Under the pieces are notes generated by a model, which saw only the letters and a program-made list of their open reading frames with translations, was not told the origin of the DNA and made no database searches. A stretch of 64,000 bases of DNA from the NCBI GenBank assembly GCA_032718475.1, contig JAUCBJ010004074.1, positions 3,984 to 67,983 on the forward strand, written 5' to 3'. The translations under genes were made by a program, and so were the position numbers. This document shows positions 52,692 to 64,000 of the stretch, piece by piece. Each line of letters opens with the position of its first letter. The stretch's first letter is position 1. Source of the DNA: Nemertoderma westbladi (Eukaryota; Animalia; Xenacoelomorpha).

Positions 52692-53244
52692 CAGCGTCTG
52701 GAGTGGGTGTGTGACTATATTATTTTATATTTGTTCTTATTATTTTATATTTATGTATGTATTATTATGTAATTTTATTATAATCGTTTTCTTTAATTTT
52801 ATTTAGTAGAATGTTATTTTAGCGATTATTTAGTAGATTAGTGCAATATATATTCGTGTTTATTACTTAATTACTTATATATTATATATTTAGTGCGACG
52901 GCGAGAAATAATTCTTTTTCTCTTTCCTTACTGTCCGTATTACATTATAAATACGTGACTACAGTAAGATGAAATATCCGTACTTATTAAAGTACAATAA
53001 AGCTCCTACTATATTCAAGTATTATTGGTAAGTAGAGTATTAGGAATGCAAAATTCAGATCCTCGTGTCTCGGCTAAACCAAGCTCTGGGTAGACCTTGG
53101 AAACGACTTGCCTCTTCTCACTGACATTGCTTCGTGCGATATTGCTCTCATACCGTATATTAAATAATACATATAGTAGCGTGATGTCCCTTTAACAGTA
53201 GCGTATAACGCAAAATAAATCTGTTAAACCCTTTGACCATCTGT

Positions 53245-53531
53245 AATTCTAGTCGATTAAGATATCGCGGCACCCACCGATATACTTGAAAGACAAAATT
53301 CTAGAATCAGTGGTTAACGTCCCCAGACATGTTCTGGAATAAACCGGTGCCCATCCTAAATATTAACTATTAATATTTATAAAATCTGTCAAATTTCAGA
53401 TCCTTTAAAATTCTAGTCGATTAAGATATCGTAGCACTTACCGATACTCTTAAAAAGACAAAATTCCTAGAATCAAGGATCCCAGTCCCCAGACATGTTC
53501 TGGAATAAAATTGTGTCTATTTTAATATTAA
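53245..53531 (+). repeat. Two ~120-bp stem-loop-forming repeats (period 164) in the pol-ORF3 spacer
   Basis: aattctagtcgattaagatatcg...gtccccagacatgttctggaataaa at 53245 and 53409; also in A1 at ~17025-17325. Confidence 0.85.
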
Positions 53532-54331
53532 ATAATAAAATTTACGGGAATAAATTCTAATTCATCTCTTTTAATGAATTTGATAAATTGTCATTTTATA
53601 CAATTTATAACATTCCCAAAATTCCATTAATTAATAGATCATGGGAGCGGAGATTCACCCTATTAAGTGTATTAGTGTGCGAGAATCTCCAATAGATAGT
53701 CAATAGCCGATAAAATTTATAAAATCATGTATAAAGGGGATATTGACAATTAAAGAATTACTATTAAATAGCATCCCAGATCTGTATGCATGAGAATTAC
53801 CCTAATTCTACTGCTAGCTTTCCATAATGTCACCATAGCAACAACCACGCTAGAATTAGAAGTGAGTTAAAAGAACAATAGAAAGCTTGCCCCATTGAAT
53901 AGCATAGGGAATAAATAGCACACTGCTAGTATCCAAGGATACATAATAATAACGTGGCATTCTGGAAGGCACTGACTAACGGACAAATGGCCCGAATGTG
54001 TACAATTTGTGACAGTTGTGTGGAATTTGTGCGTTTATAGGTGAATGTTACTACTAAAGTGTGTTTACAGTAGCGAGTCGCAATTGTGAAAGTAGCCCTA
54101 ACTCTGCCAGTAAGAACCTGAAGTAAATCTAAGCCTTTGGGACGGACAGTGGAGTGACTTGTGCCGGTTATCGTTGTCGTTGTGTAGCTACTACGTTGGC
54201 GAAAAACACAGCGACGACGGTACATCGGCGCTGAGGATCTTGCACTGTCCGGGGGCAGAGAGGGGTAGGCAGCGACGCCCGCTAGCCTAAATATAAACTT
54301 ATTATAATATTAATAAACTCATATAGCAGAT

Positions 54332-57300
54332 ATGACTGAGTTGATAGAAGATGATCTTGGTATCAGGGAGCGATATACTCTACCTTTACAAGCGTTTGTT
54401 GATAGCTTGATACGCGGCGACGCTGGTCCAACTACTACGGAGGACGATGGTCGTTATATCGAACCGCCAATGTCCCAGGAGCAACTTACGCGTGAATTGG
54501 ACTATAGAAAATTCACCGCTCGCTATACGCATCGTAATGGTACGTATATGGACTTCTTAACTACTGGCCATCCTATCGATTTACACGATACGGACGATGT
54601 AGACACCGAAAGGGAAATGGTTTTATTTAAATATCATACCCAGCGGAGTCGGAACGATAAACCGAGAATAGAACACGAGAATTCTATTCGAAACCGACTC
54701 GAAAGAGAAGACGTTGAAGAGCCAGATAAACGCAGCGACTTCAACGATTATCTGGAATTCCTGAGAGAAACATATCTCAATATTGCCAGTCAACAAAATC
54801 TAGAAACTCGATATCCTCAAGGTATACATCATGACCCTATGATAGAACTCAAACGGCTCTATTTCACTATGATGTATCTTACCGCCGATCGACCGCTACC
54901 TGTCGTCCCAGATAGCTTCGAACAGATGGAGGAATATTGTAAAACTGGAGAACGATCACCCGCGTTTCCCCTGCAGGACATGCGTCTTTGGTATTACTGC
55001 GACGAATGCCCTAGACCCAATCAGCAAACGGAAAGACATAAACATCCGCGGAGACGTTGCGCTAAACACAGTTTTACACGATATACTTATGGGAGTTTCG
55101 AGCGAAACCTGTTCGATGTATCACCTACACTCGCTCGGCTCAAACGATCCTTAAATAAACCAATGATCAGAGTTCCGGAATACTCGGTCAGACCTCCTCA
55201 TTCCTTAGTGAGACCTCAAACGCTTGATCCTAATAGTATAACGGATCCCCCTGAACTGTACTCACTATTTAAAGATCTTGTGTTACCCGAACAATTAATC
55301 GGCGGCACTCCGGTAGTGGGCTCGCTAGATATTCGCCAACCCTACCTAGCCGGATTAGGACGCGGTCATCTAATATCGCCGTTTAACCCGTACAACCGTC
55401 CAGGCTTAACCCCGATACAACCCGTTACCGAAGTCGAAGAGAGCGTTGTACGATACGCGTTAGACGCTATTCGGCAGAAGATCGGAAAAGGAACTTACGA
55501 TTGTTTAGAGAAACGCAAATTGCAGCAACAAGTCCAAGCGGTGAAGGAATTAGCTTTACCCCAGTTCGATCGAGAAATCCAGAACCTCGAGGAAGACATC
55601 GAACGTGGACGAACCTATTCTCTACAAGAGTTCCTAGACGAGCGTTTACAACAACAAGCGGAGGAAAATCAGCTCGAGGAGAAACACATAGAAATGGATG
55701 AGAGAGAAGAAGCAGCTTTAGCCCAGCCAGAAGCTCAAATCCTTATGACGGATCTCTATTCTAAAACCATCATCCATCCTTCGATGGTTCCCCATTTCGG
55801 AGACAAACTCTTCGCCACGACACAGCCTCAACCGATTGATATCAACCTAAGATCTCGAAATCTTATCGCTGACGCTCCCATGTTGCAACGTCCGCCAATC
55901 GAGGCCGCTCGTGTCGATGGTATACTCGTTGAACCTCCGGACAATAGAGCGGATCTTGTCCGTCGTATGGTACACGAGGTTAACATACGCGCTAGACCTT
56001 TACCGAACTCGTTTTATGGGATTAAAGATCATCCTTATTATGTCAATCTAACGCAATATTACATGGTAAAACCTGAAGATCCTACACATAGTCTGAAGTT
56101 TCTACCACTAATAAATCCTCTCGATCTTGTCGAACTCGAACAACTACAGAAACATCTGGATCAGTTAGTGAAAGTAAACTCATTTCGAAAACCCTATAAT
56201 GTTTCCAGAATAGAGAAAGAGACAATACCTCCGTATAATCTTGATGGATTCATCAAAACTCGATTAGTCCACTGGAATCTCGACGTGTTATTCGAGGAGG
56301 AAAGAATACAACGATATGGAGATGTGGAAACATATACTACACAATATTTAAAGTATAGAGATCTACCTAATGCTAGCGAATGCGCTACCTTGTGGCATCC
56401 AGTGGGAATGACTCTAGAAAACGCCACTAAAGAGTGGAATGAGACTCTTAACGTTATCGAGATGTATGGAATTGTCACTTACGATAACGAAGGTAGCGTT
56501 CCGGTTGGAGAACTGGGAACTACGAGCATGATACATATACGAGGACTAGCTGGTTCTACCCACGTATTTACTCGAGCGTGTTCCGATGTGATTGATTATT
56601 CTTTTGAGACCCTTACCGAAATCCAAAGAAACTCTGACATGGACAATTCGAACTCGCGCAGCGTTACGTCACCGACACCGAGCGCAAACCGGCCACGGGT
56701 ATCGATGGATCGATGTTACCCCAGCCCGTGCTCGAGATGTTGTTTAACGAAAGAGTCCTTAAAATCGGCTCAGCTGTTTATGGAGATCTCCAAAATGACT
56801 TTCGGAACATGGAGAACATTCCATACCCTTTCGTCGATACTCAGCTGATTGCTCCCTGGGCAGAAGGCCGAGGTTTCTTCCGCACTATGTATGCAAATAC
56901 ACCCAGCGGCATCACTAAAGTACAACGAACCTCCATCGGACATCTTGCCTTTCAAGAATACGGATGGAATTTCAAGGTTGGAAATTCTATCAATTATCAA
57001 CAAGTATATGGAGATCATTATTCTCGATTATACTTTGACGGACCATTGACCGTACCTGGCGCTGTGTATAGCTTTATGAGCGTTCCACTTCGTCCCTCCT
57101 TAGCTATATACACAATCTTTGAAAACGCCGCACTTGCCGGTTGGCTAGCCGATGTGTGCAGTCGTACCATACGCGCCCATCCCTTAATACTTGGAACCAA
57201 ACTCGTCAAGCTAGATGAACACAATAAATTCATCCGCTTCGAATGTTTCAGGCGCTTTCTGACTCCGTTCCGTAACGTTGATAGTCAGTTCAAGGACCGC

Positions 57301-58584
57301 GCTCTGACTAAGCTCAGCCTAAGAGACTCAGCTGCGGAGAAGTTAGACAGCGCGGGATTCGCCCTTTTCAAGGACGTTTGTATACAGAACTTACATTCAT
57401 CTGTTATACAAAGACCTCGAATACCCACGGGTTATTCTGTCGTGGAAGTTCAGACAGTGGGTTCGCTTGCGGAGACATCCGCACCTACCTCAGCTATGCA
57501 ATTGGAAGACGAACCAATATGCTTAGAATCTGAGGAGATTCAGCCTACAGCGCCCCGGAGCAGCGATAACGACTACGTCTTGGAATGGTATCAAGGTCCA
57601 CAATGTATCACCGCATACGATTATCGGCACGCTAACTATGTTTCTCGAAAGCATTGCCGATTATGCGCATTGAGAGATCATTTCACCCCTATGGACTCAG
57701 ACGCACCCTGCTCCTATTTCCATGAACAACCGACGATGGAGATCTATTGTGCGTATTGCAGACTCAATAACTCGCACATTTTCGCAGTCTGCCCCCAATT
57801 TATGACTCAATGCCATCATTGTCAACTTAAAGGACATGCCAGTTTTGATTGCCCTTTTAACCGCGATCTGGAAAGCGTAGATGAGATGATTACCCTGCGC
57901 TACATCCGAGCTTGGGAAGCAAATGCGGATTTACATTGTGAGTCACGCCATCGCTATTACCCTGGACGCGCCTACGAAGGAGTTTACGCATTCCATCCTT
58001 ATCTATTCGCGTCTGTTGAACAAAAATCGCGCACACCGAGTTACGAACTAATGAAGCATATAGGTGAGTGTATTTCCACCAAATTTGTTCGTAAATATCT
58101 CAGGAACATCAATCCTAACGATATTAATTCATACAATTTGATTAATTTCGTCCGTCAAGACCCCGAGTATGGCGATTTGTTCATCAACTCGCACCCTGAG
58201 TTACAGGAAGTACATCGATGGCCCTACGAATATCGAGCCCGAGAAAGCGAGCTGGAAAGAACCATTAAACCGAGGAAGTTTCTCACCACTCGCGGTCCAC
58301 CTACCGCTATTGTCCAGACGACTCGTCAGGGACCAGTAGGAGCTGCGGTCCTAAGACGCACTCTAAAGGCTGTTAGACCTAGCTCCACTGAGGTTGATAT
58401 CGATCAACCCGGTACCTCGACCGGCGGATATACCGATCGTAATCCTAAACCTTCCGATGCAATTGTATTGCACCCTTCACCCAGGAGTTATAGCCCTCCT
58501 AGTAAAGTGGGTCGCCCGAAAGAGAAAAGGACTCGTGCTAGCCTCAAAAAACTGCGTAAACGCCGTCCGCGCAAGAAAGACTAA
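54332..58584 (+). CDS. ORF3 of family A (~1,417 aa when joined across a -1 shift at ~56640-56710): putative DEDDy 3'-5' exonuclease plus CCHC zinc knuckles
   Basis: ExoI-like IVTYDNEG (56471-56494), LPQPVLEMLFNERVLKIGSAVYGD (ExoII-like), FVDTQ, SIGHLA, PLRPSLAIYTIFE (ExoIII-like). Knuckles CAYCRLNNSHIFAVC and CHHCQLKGHASFDC. Basic tail. Lies between IN and the PPT. Confidence 0.75.
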
Positions 58585-58661
58585 CTGTTTAGAGTATTTT
58601 TATATTTTAGAAACTGTGATTTTTATATTTTATAGAATTAAATCCCATTTTCTGGGAGCGG

Positions 58662-59832
58662 TGTAAAGGCTTTTGCGGAATTAGCTAGTCATTTTCCCCG
58701 AAAAGTACTCTGTAGATGTTTTAACGGACATAAAAAGCCGTTTCCTTACTGTACCGGTGTTTTAGTGGACATAAAAAGCCATTTTTTTGTATGTGTACTT
58801 TAGCGGACATAACTAGCGATTTTATGTCGCAATACGCCAAAATACTCTTAATACAGTGTAGTTCAGATTACGACATCTATCAGCTGATTTAGTGTACTCG
58901 TGGAGCTTTCTTTGTTTGGCTCAGCCAATCAGAGCGATTTTCATTTTATTTGCACAGAAGCCTCCGGGAAATCGCGCAATGCATGATGGTTTATGTTTAC
59001 CTTTTTTCCTAATGCCAGAACATCGGCTGTGGAATTATCCTATGTTTCAGACTTTAGCCAAACATTAGAACGGCTTTGATTATAGAAACGTATAACTGTT
59101 ATCCTGTCATCCTGTCAAACTTCATAACATAACATATTGTCATATACAAACACCGCATTATTTTACTGCTATTTACTGTCGGTTATTAATTGTATCAGTT
59201 GATAGAATATTGTTATATTTGGATAATATCGATAAATAATCATAAAACCCCATCTTCTTGATATACTGAAGGTAAGAGACCGGTTACATATAGCAATTGC
59301 GACTTACATTATATTGGTTTTGGAGTGAATCTAATGCTATTTCATAGGCACTACATGTGTCAATTGCTGTTCTCTTTATATGTGACTAAAATTAGTGAAG
59401 GTCGGCAGATTGGTATGCAGCATTGTGCGGTAGTGTGCATGAGTGTGACTGATAACAAAGCATCTCCTAAAGAATGCGCCTTATACGTGAATCATAAGCC
59501 ATCCCGTTGTGTTTAGTATAAGTCATAACTCTGTTTACATATTTAGAGCGCCACGTCCTAAAGGAACTGTTAATATTTCCCGAAAGTGAATAATATTTGT
59601 CAGAGATTATATATTAACGATCAATCGAATAATACAGTAGGCCTACACCGCAATAAGGTCAGAGCTTCCGAATCCAGTCTCCCGGGTAAATCCAGCGGGT
59701 GAATGGTCGCGCATAGGCTGGCTTCGGCTAATGTAGTGTATCAAATACTCGTCATAGGCTAAAGTCGATTTATAACCTAGAAGACACCTAAATTTGGCAG
59801 GTTAAACTGCTAAAGGTCTGAAAGCGCGAACA
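58662..59832 (+). repeat. 3' LTR of A2 (1171 bp)
   Basis: TGTAAAGGC...GCGCGAACA. The 3' ~60% aligns with the A1 LTR; the 5' part is divergent. Confidence 0.93.
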
Positions 59833-60705
59833 CAACCCATCAACCCAACGGATAACCCAAGGATTCCATCCAACCCGTCAACACAACGGGTAACCCGTGA
59901 ATTCCATCCAACCCGTCAACATAATGGATAACGCGTGGATTCTATCCAACCCGTCAACCCAACGGGTAATATGTGGATTCCATCCAACCCGTCAACCCAA
60001 CGGGTAACCCGCAGGTTCCATCCAACCCGTTAACCCAGCTGGTAACCCATGGGTTCCATCCAACCCTTAGACCCAAAGGGTAACCCACGGGTTACATGCA
60101 ACCCGTAGACCCTACGGGTAACCCATGGGTTTTATGCAATTCGTCAACCCAACGGGTAACCCATGGGTTATATCCAACCCGTAGACCCAACGGGTAACCC
60201 ATGGGTTACATTAAACCAGTAGACCCAACGGGTAACCCATGGGTTCCATGCAATTCGTCAACCCAACGGGTAACCCATGGGTTCTATCCAACCCGTAGAC
60301 CCAACGGGTAACCCATGGGTCCCATTTAACCCGTAGACCCAACGGGTTAAACATGGGTTCTATCCAAACCGTAGACCCAACGGGTAGCTCATGAGTTCCA
60401 TCCAACCCGTCAAACCCAACGGGAGTAACCCATGGATTCCATCCAACCCGCAGACCCAACGGATAACCCATGGGTTCAATGCAACCCGTCAACCCAACGG
60501 GTAACCCGTGGATTCAATCCAACCCGTCAACCCAAAGGGTAACCCATGAGTTCCATTCAACCCGTAGACCCAACGGGTAACCCGTGGATTCAATCCAACC
60601 CGTCAACCCAATGGGTAACCTGTGGATTCAATCCATCCCGTTGACCCAACGGGTATCCCATGGATTCCATCAACCCGTCATCCCAGCGGTTTCGGGTTCC
60701 ATCCA
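59833..60705. repeat. 38-bp satellite, unit-2 copy
   Basis: Same unit and same right flank (gatagatag...) as 9377-10960. Confidence 0.95.
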
Positions 60706-61834
60706 TCGATAGATAGATAGATAGTTTATTGACCGTATAACAGTACATAATATACAAATAATACAGTCCAAAATAATACACAATTTCAATACAATAAAAC
60801 AAATATTACACATTTCAATTTCAATACATGTTCAATACTAAATTAATTCTAACTAAATTCATACTCAAAACAATTCAATGAAACAGATACTACAAATTTT
60901 GTTTTCGATACAAGTTCAATAGACATAATGTACTAACTAAATTCTTACACAAAGTCAAAACATTACATTTCAGCAAGCTTAAGTTACCATATCCCTCTCA
61001 TCAACATCTTGTCAACTTCATTTCAATTACCAATCATTAATCACCAAAACGAATACCTTAAAAATCTGGTCATACATTTCAAAAAGGTCCTTGAGTGACG
61101 TTGGTATGTTTGTTTTGAAAAATTTTTCCCGTACATTCGCCAGCAGTGGACACTCTATGAAAACATCGAAACGCCTTCCGTCTTTTAATTAAAGGAAAGG
61201 GACATATTGTGGAGTAGGCACCCTATTTAATTAAATTAAGAGTTTATTATTTCTTCAGTAAGGATAATATAATTCGGCTAATAGATTAATATTATGTTAC
61301 TTAGCGATATTACTGTAGTTATTATATTTAGTCTCTTTAACTTGAACTCAATAGGAATCAGATCTTGGATAATTGTTTGAGCGGCTGCACGTTGGGTTCA
61401 CATAGAACATCATCATTCTTAAATATATTCTGACATCAACAATATAATGATGTAGAGATTCAACTTTAACTGTAGGCCTTTCAATCTACTGTAGGTGATA
61501 CTAGAATATTAAATAATATCTACCGAACTGCAGCAGTAATAATAGTTTGGTACACTGGTGTAAACCCGAGGTGGGAAACTGAAAGTAAAATAATACCGAT
61601 ATACTTATGGAAGGGGTTACCTAAAGGAGTGATAATAGAATACAGTATACAGTTTAGAGAATGGTATGAGGATTAGGCCCTACATCATATGGTACACTGG
61701 CGGCAAATTGCCAATTGGGGTGTCGTTGCAGCCTTCTCATAGGGTTAATGTTGAATATTAATTTTGAAAAATTAGTGCCTATAAGTAAACTTTTACTGTA
61801 AACTGTGTTCCTTAATTTAGTTTATTGTTTTGAT

Positions 61835-62611
61835 CAGGGTGTCGAACGACCGGGAAAAGGCTGGGAAAAAAATTAAACCGGGAAAACCCTGGAAAATCCC
61901 TAGGAAAAATCTCATGTAACCGGGAATTTTTCATATTATAAACAACATGTTCGAAGTTGGTAAAGTTAGTAAAATAATTACCGATTTTTTATTTATTATT
62001 TTTATTTATTTACTATTTATTTATTAAAAATTAAAAGGTAGAAGGTAAATCCTTACTCCAACCGTAATATCAAAGAAGACAGTCGTTATAAAGAGTAATG
62101 TTATAAAATACTAAAGATAATACTGTTAAAAAAAGTATTAATCAGCCACTAAATAGGCGGCCCACTATTAAACTAAACAACACAATGTCAATAAAATGAA
62201 CTGAACAAATAAAAGGTATTGAGAAGGGTTGTGCTCATAGATTAAACAAACAAGCCTTTTTATTGATAAAAGGTTTTTTATTGATAAACTTGTTGTGAAT
62301 TGTTGCTAAAACTTTATGTGAAAACTTTATGCTAAAACAGTAGACAGGCTGATCGATGAGATAGCTGAGCTAAAACGACTCTGAGTTTAGTATTTAATTG
62401 TACATAAAAAAATTTTGACAACATATAATTTGATAGGAAAGGAAGTTCCGTTCAAGAAATTTGGCATAAAATTTAGGTCAAGTGGAAATCAAATTATAAT
62501 ATGTTTTAACGTATTATATTATGTCATCTAAACCGGGTCAATTCACAAATGAACCTTGGAAAAACAAGGAAAAGGCCGGGAAAAAACATGTCAAAATCGT
62601 TCGACACCCTG
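61835..62611. mobile_element. MITE with 15-bp TIR and 5-bp TSD (hAT5-like)
   Basis: CAGGGTGTCGAACGA...TCGTTCGACACCCTG, TSD TTGAT. Empty site at ~13150 in unit 1. Confidence 0.9.
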
Positions 62612-64000
62612 TTGATTAGAGCCATTATAACCTGTTACTTTCTTTTAAAGGGTACCTTAAATGATAAATATCAAAATTAAATATTCACCCCAATTGGTAA
62701 TATGCGCACTGCTGTGTTGGCCTAGGACCGGAGTGTAGAAACTGAAAGTAAATAGGACCGGTATAAGTTATAATTACCTAAAACATATGCGAGTCATAGG
62801 AGAATACAGAATAGAGATAATAGGATGATTGCATCATAATTATTTATATAATTCATAAAATAAAGACTTTAATATCCGCATTGCTGAATAATAAAGTAAT
62901 TCCGAACAATATTCCAAAACTGGAGGTAAAATTATTTATCCAATCAACGATCTAAAAGTTCATTCTGTTGAATTTGCATTAATTATTCTAGACCAGTAAT
63001 AACGTTAGTAATTATTAATTAATTTAGCATCAAAATGGGCATCCAGGAAAATACGCAACGCAAAGAAACTTTGGCGCAACTCAATGGTTCGATGGCGCAA
63101 CGAGAATTACTCAATGTTTTTATTTTGAGCCAATTAATTATACTGAAGGATAAATTCTGGTTACCGCAGGATAAATAATCTCAGATGTTTGGAAGTAAGT
63201 AGCGAACTACGAAGATACGCAGTCTTTGAAGTCTTACATCAGTACGAACAACACCAGACAGACCGGGTAACGATCAAACCATACTGGGATAAGGACATCC
63301 GACAAGTGGGAGCCTAGACATAGCCCGGTCTCAGTCTTATTACAAGGCGGGGATGAATTCCCCAGGATGTCAAATTTAATGTAAAACTAACAAAGAAGAA
63401 ATCCCGAACAAACGATTTTCTCTGCAATAAATGGCTCTCAGAACTCCAGACTTACAGTATAACTGTATATAGGCTGTATATGCAGTACATGAAAGCTTGG
63501 TTAACATATCATTGCTTTCGCCGTGAGGACCAGCCTGCGCACAATCTTGAGGTTTAGCAGCCTCATAGAGAAAATAAGCATGGTGGACGGCCCATTACTT
63601 TCGGAAGACGCCTCCTAAAGGACACTGGCCTTGAAGATGCGGATAATCTCGCGAATGTCATGCGGGAGAGGGAGTTGTGACGGTGCAACTTTGTTGACAA
63701 GCCGGCATAGCATTCTTAAATAATGTACGTATTCTTAATATATTTTGCGATACATTTTGTATTTTCATTTTCTATTTCTGATAATTGGCAATTTTGTAAA
63801 AAATAATTAAAAATTAAAAAAAAATGAAAAACCCATGTTTCTTCAAATTTTTCATTAAAAAATGGGGAAATATTATAAAATCAAGAAATCTAGTCGAAAT
63901 TTATTGAAGTTTATGAAATTACCTTTCATATAAATAAAAAATTGCAAAAAACGGTTAACGGGTTTTATCTCCCCTACGGTTTTATCATATTTCGTACATG

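Larger units (their letters stand above)
44021..59832 (+). mobile_element. Giant Bel/Pao family A, copy A2 (5' LTR and PBS lost)
   Basis: Colinear with the reverse complement of A1 from ~34178. Contains gag-pol, spacer, ORF3, PPT GGGAGCGG and a 3' LTR ending GCGCGAACA inside the satellite. Confidence 0.95.
38038..64000 (+). repeat. Second unit of the tandem segmental duplication
   Basis: 38038-42575 matches 1-2490; 59833-63169 matches ~9975-13644; 63170-64000 matches 36617-37410. Confidence 0.93.

Noticed and set aside
57745-57855. Nanos zinc finger
   Set aside because: Tandem CCHC is superficially similar, but the spacing is shorter than in Nanos. Called generic knuckles.
54332-58584. ORF3 as env or as a host gene
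   Set aside because: No signal peptide or TM helix is visible. It lies inside the element upstream of the PPT in both copies.

Overview
AT-rich eukaryotic DNA, probably from an invertebrate animal. It holds about two units of a tandem segmental duplication (unit 1 ~1-38037, unit 2 ~38038->64000). Each unit has an intronless RING/B-box/coiled-coil (TRIM-type) gene, a 38-bp satellite and small non-autonomous repeats. Each unit was hit independently by a very large (~18-19 kb reconstructed) Bel/Pao LTR retrotransposon, called family A here. Copy A1 lies at 13645-36611 on the - strand with a CGCAG TSD. Copy A2 lies at ~44021-59832 on the + strand and is 5'-truncated. Family A has a ~2,700-aa Gag-Pol with a long N-terminal extension. 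In the env position it has a ~1,400-aa ORF3 with DEDDy/WRN-EXD-like 3'-5' exonuclease motifs, CCHC zinc knuckles and a basic tail. It has no tRNA-type PBS. Instead, the 12 nt after the 5' LTR are exactly complementary to a 12-mer inside its own LTR, which suggests self-priming. A conventional Pao element (family B, 17420-24576) is nested in A1, and its gag is split by a 116-bp mini-LTR of family A. All calls were made by eye from the sequence and ORF track; no searches were run.
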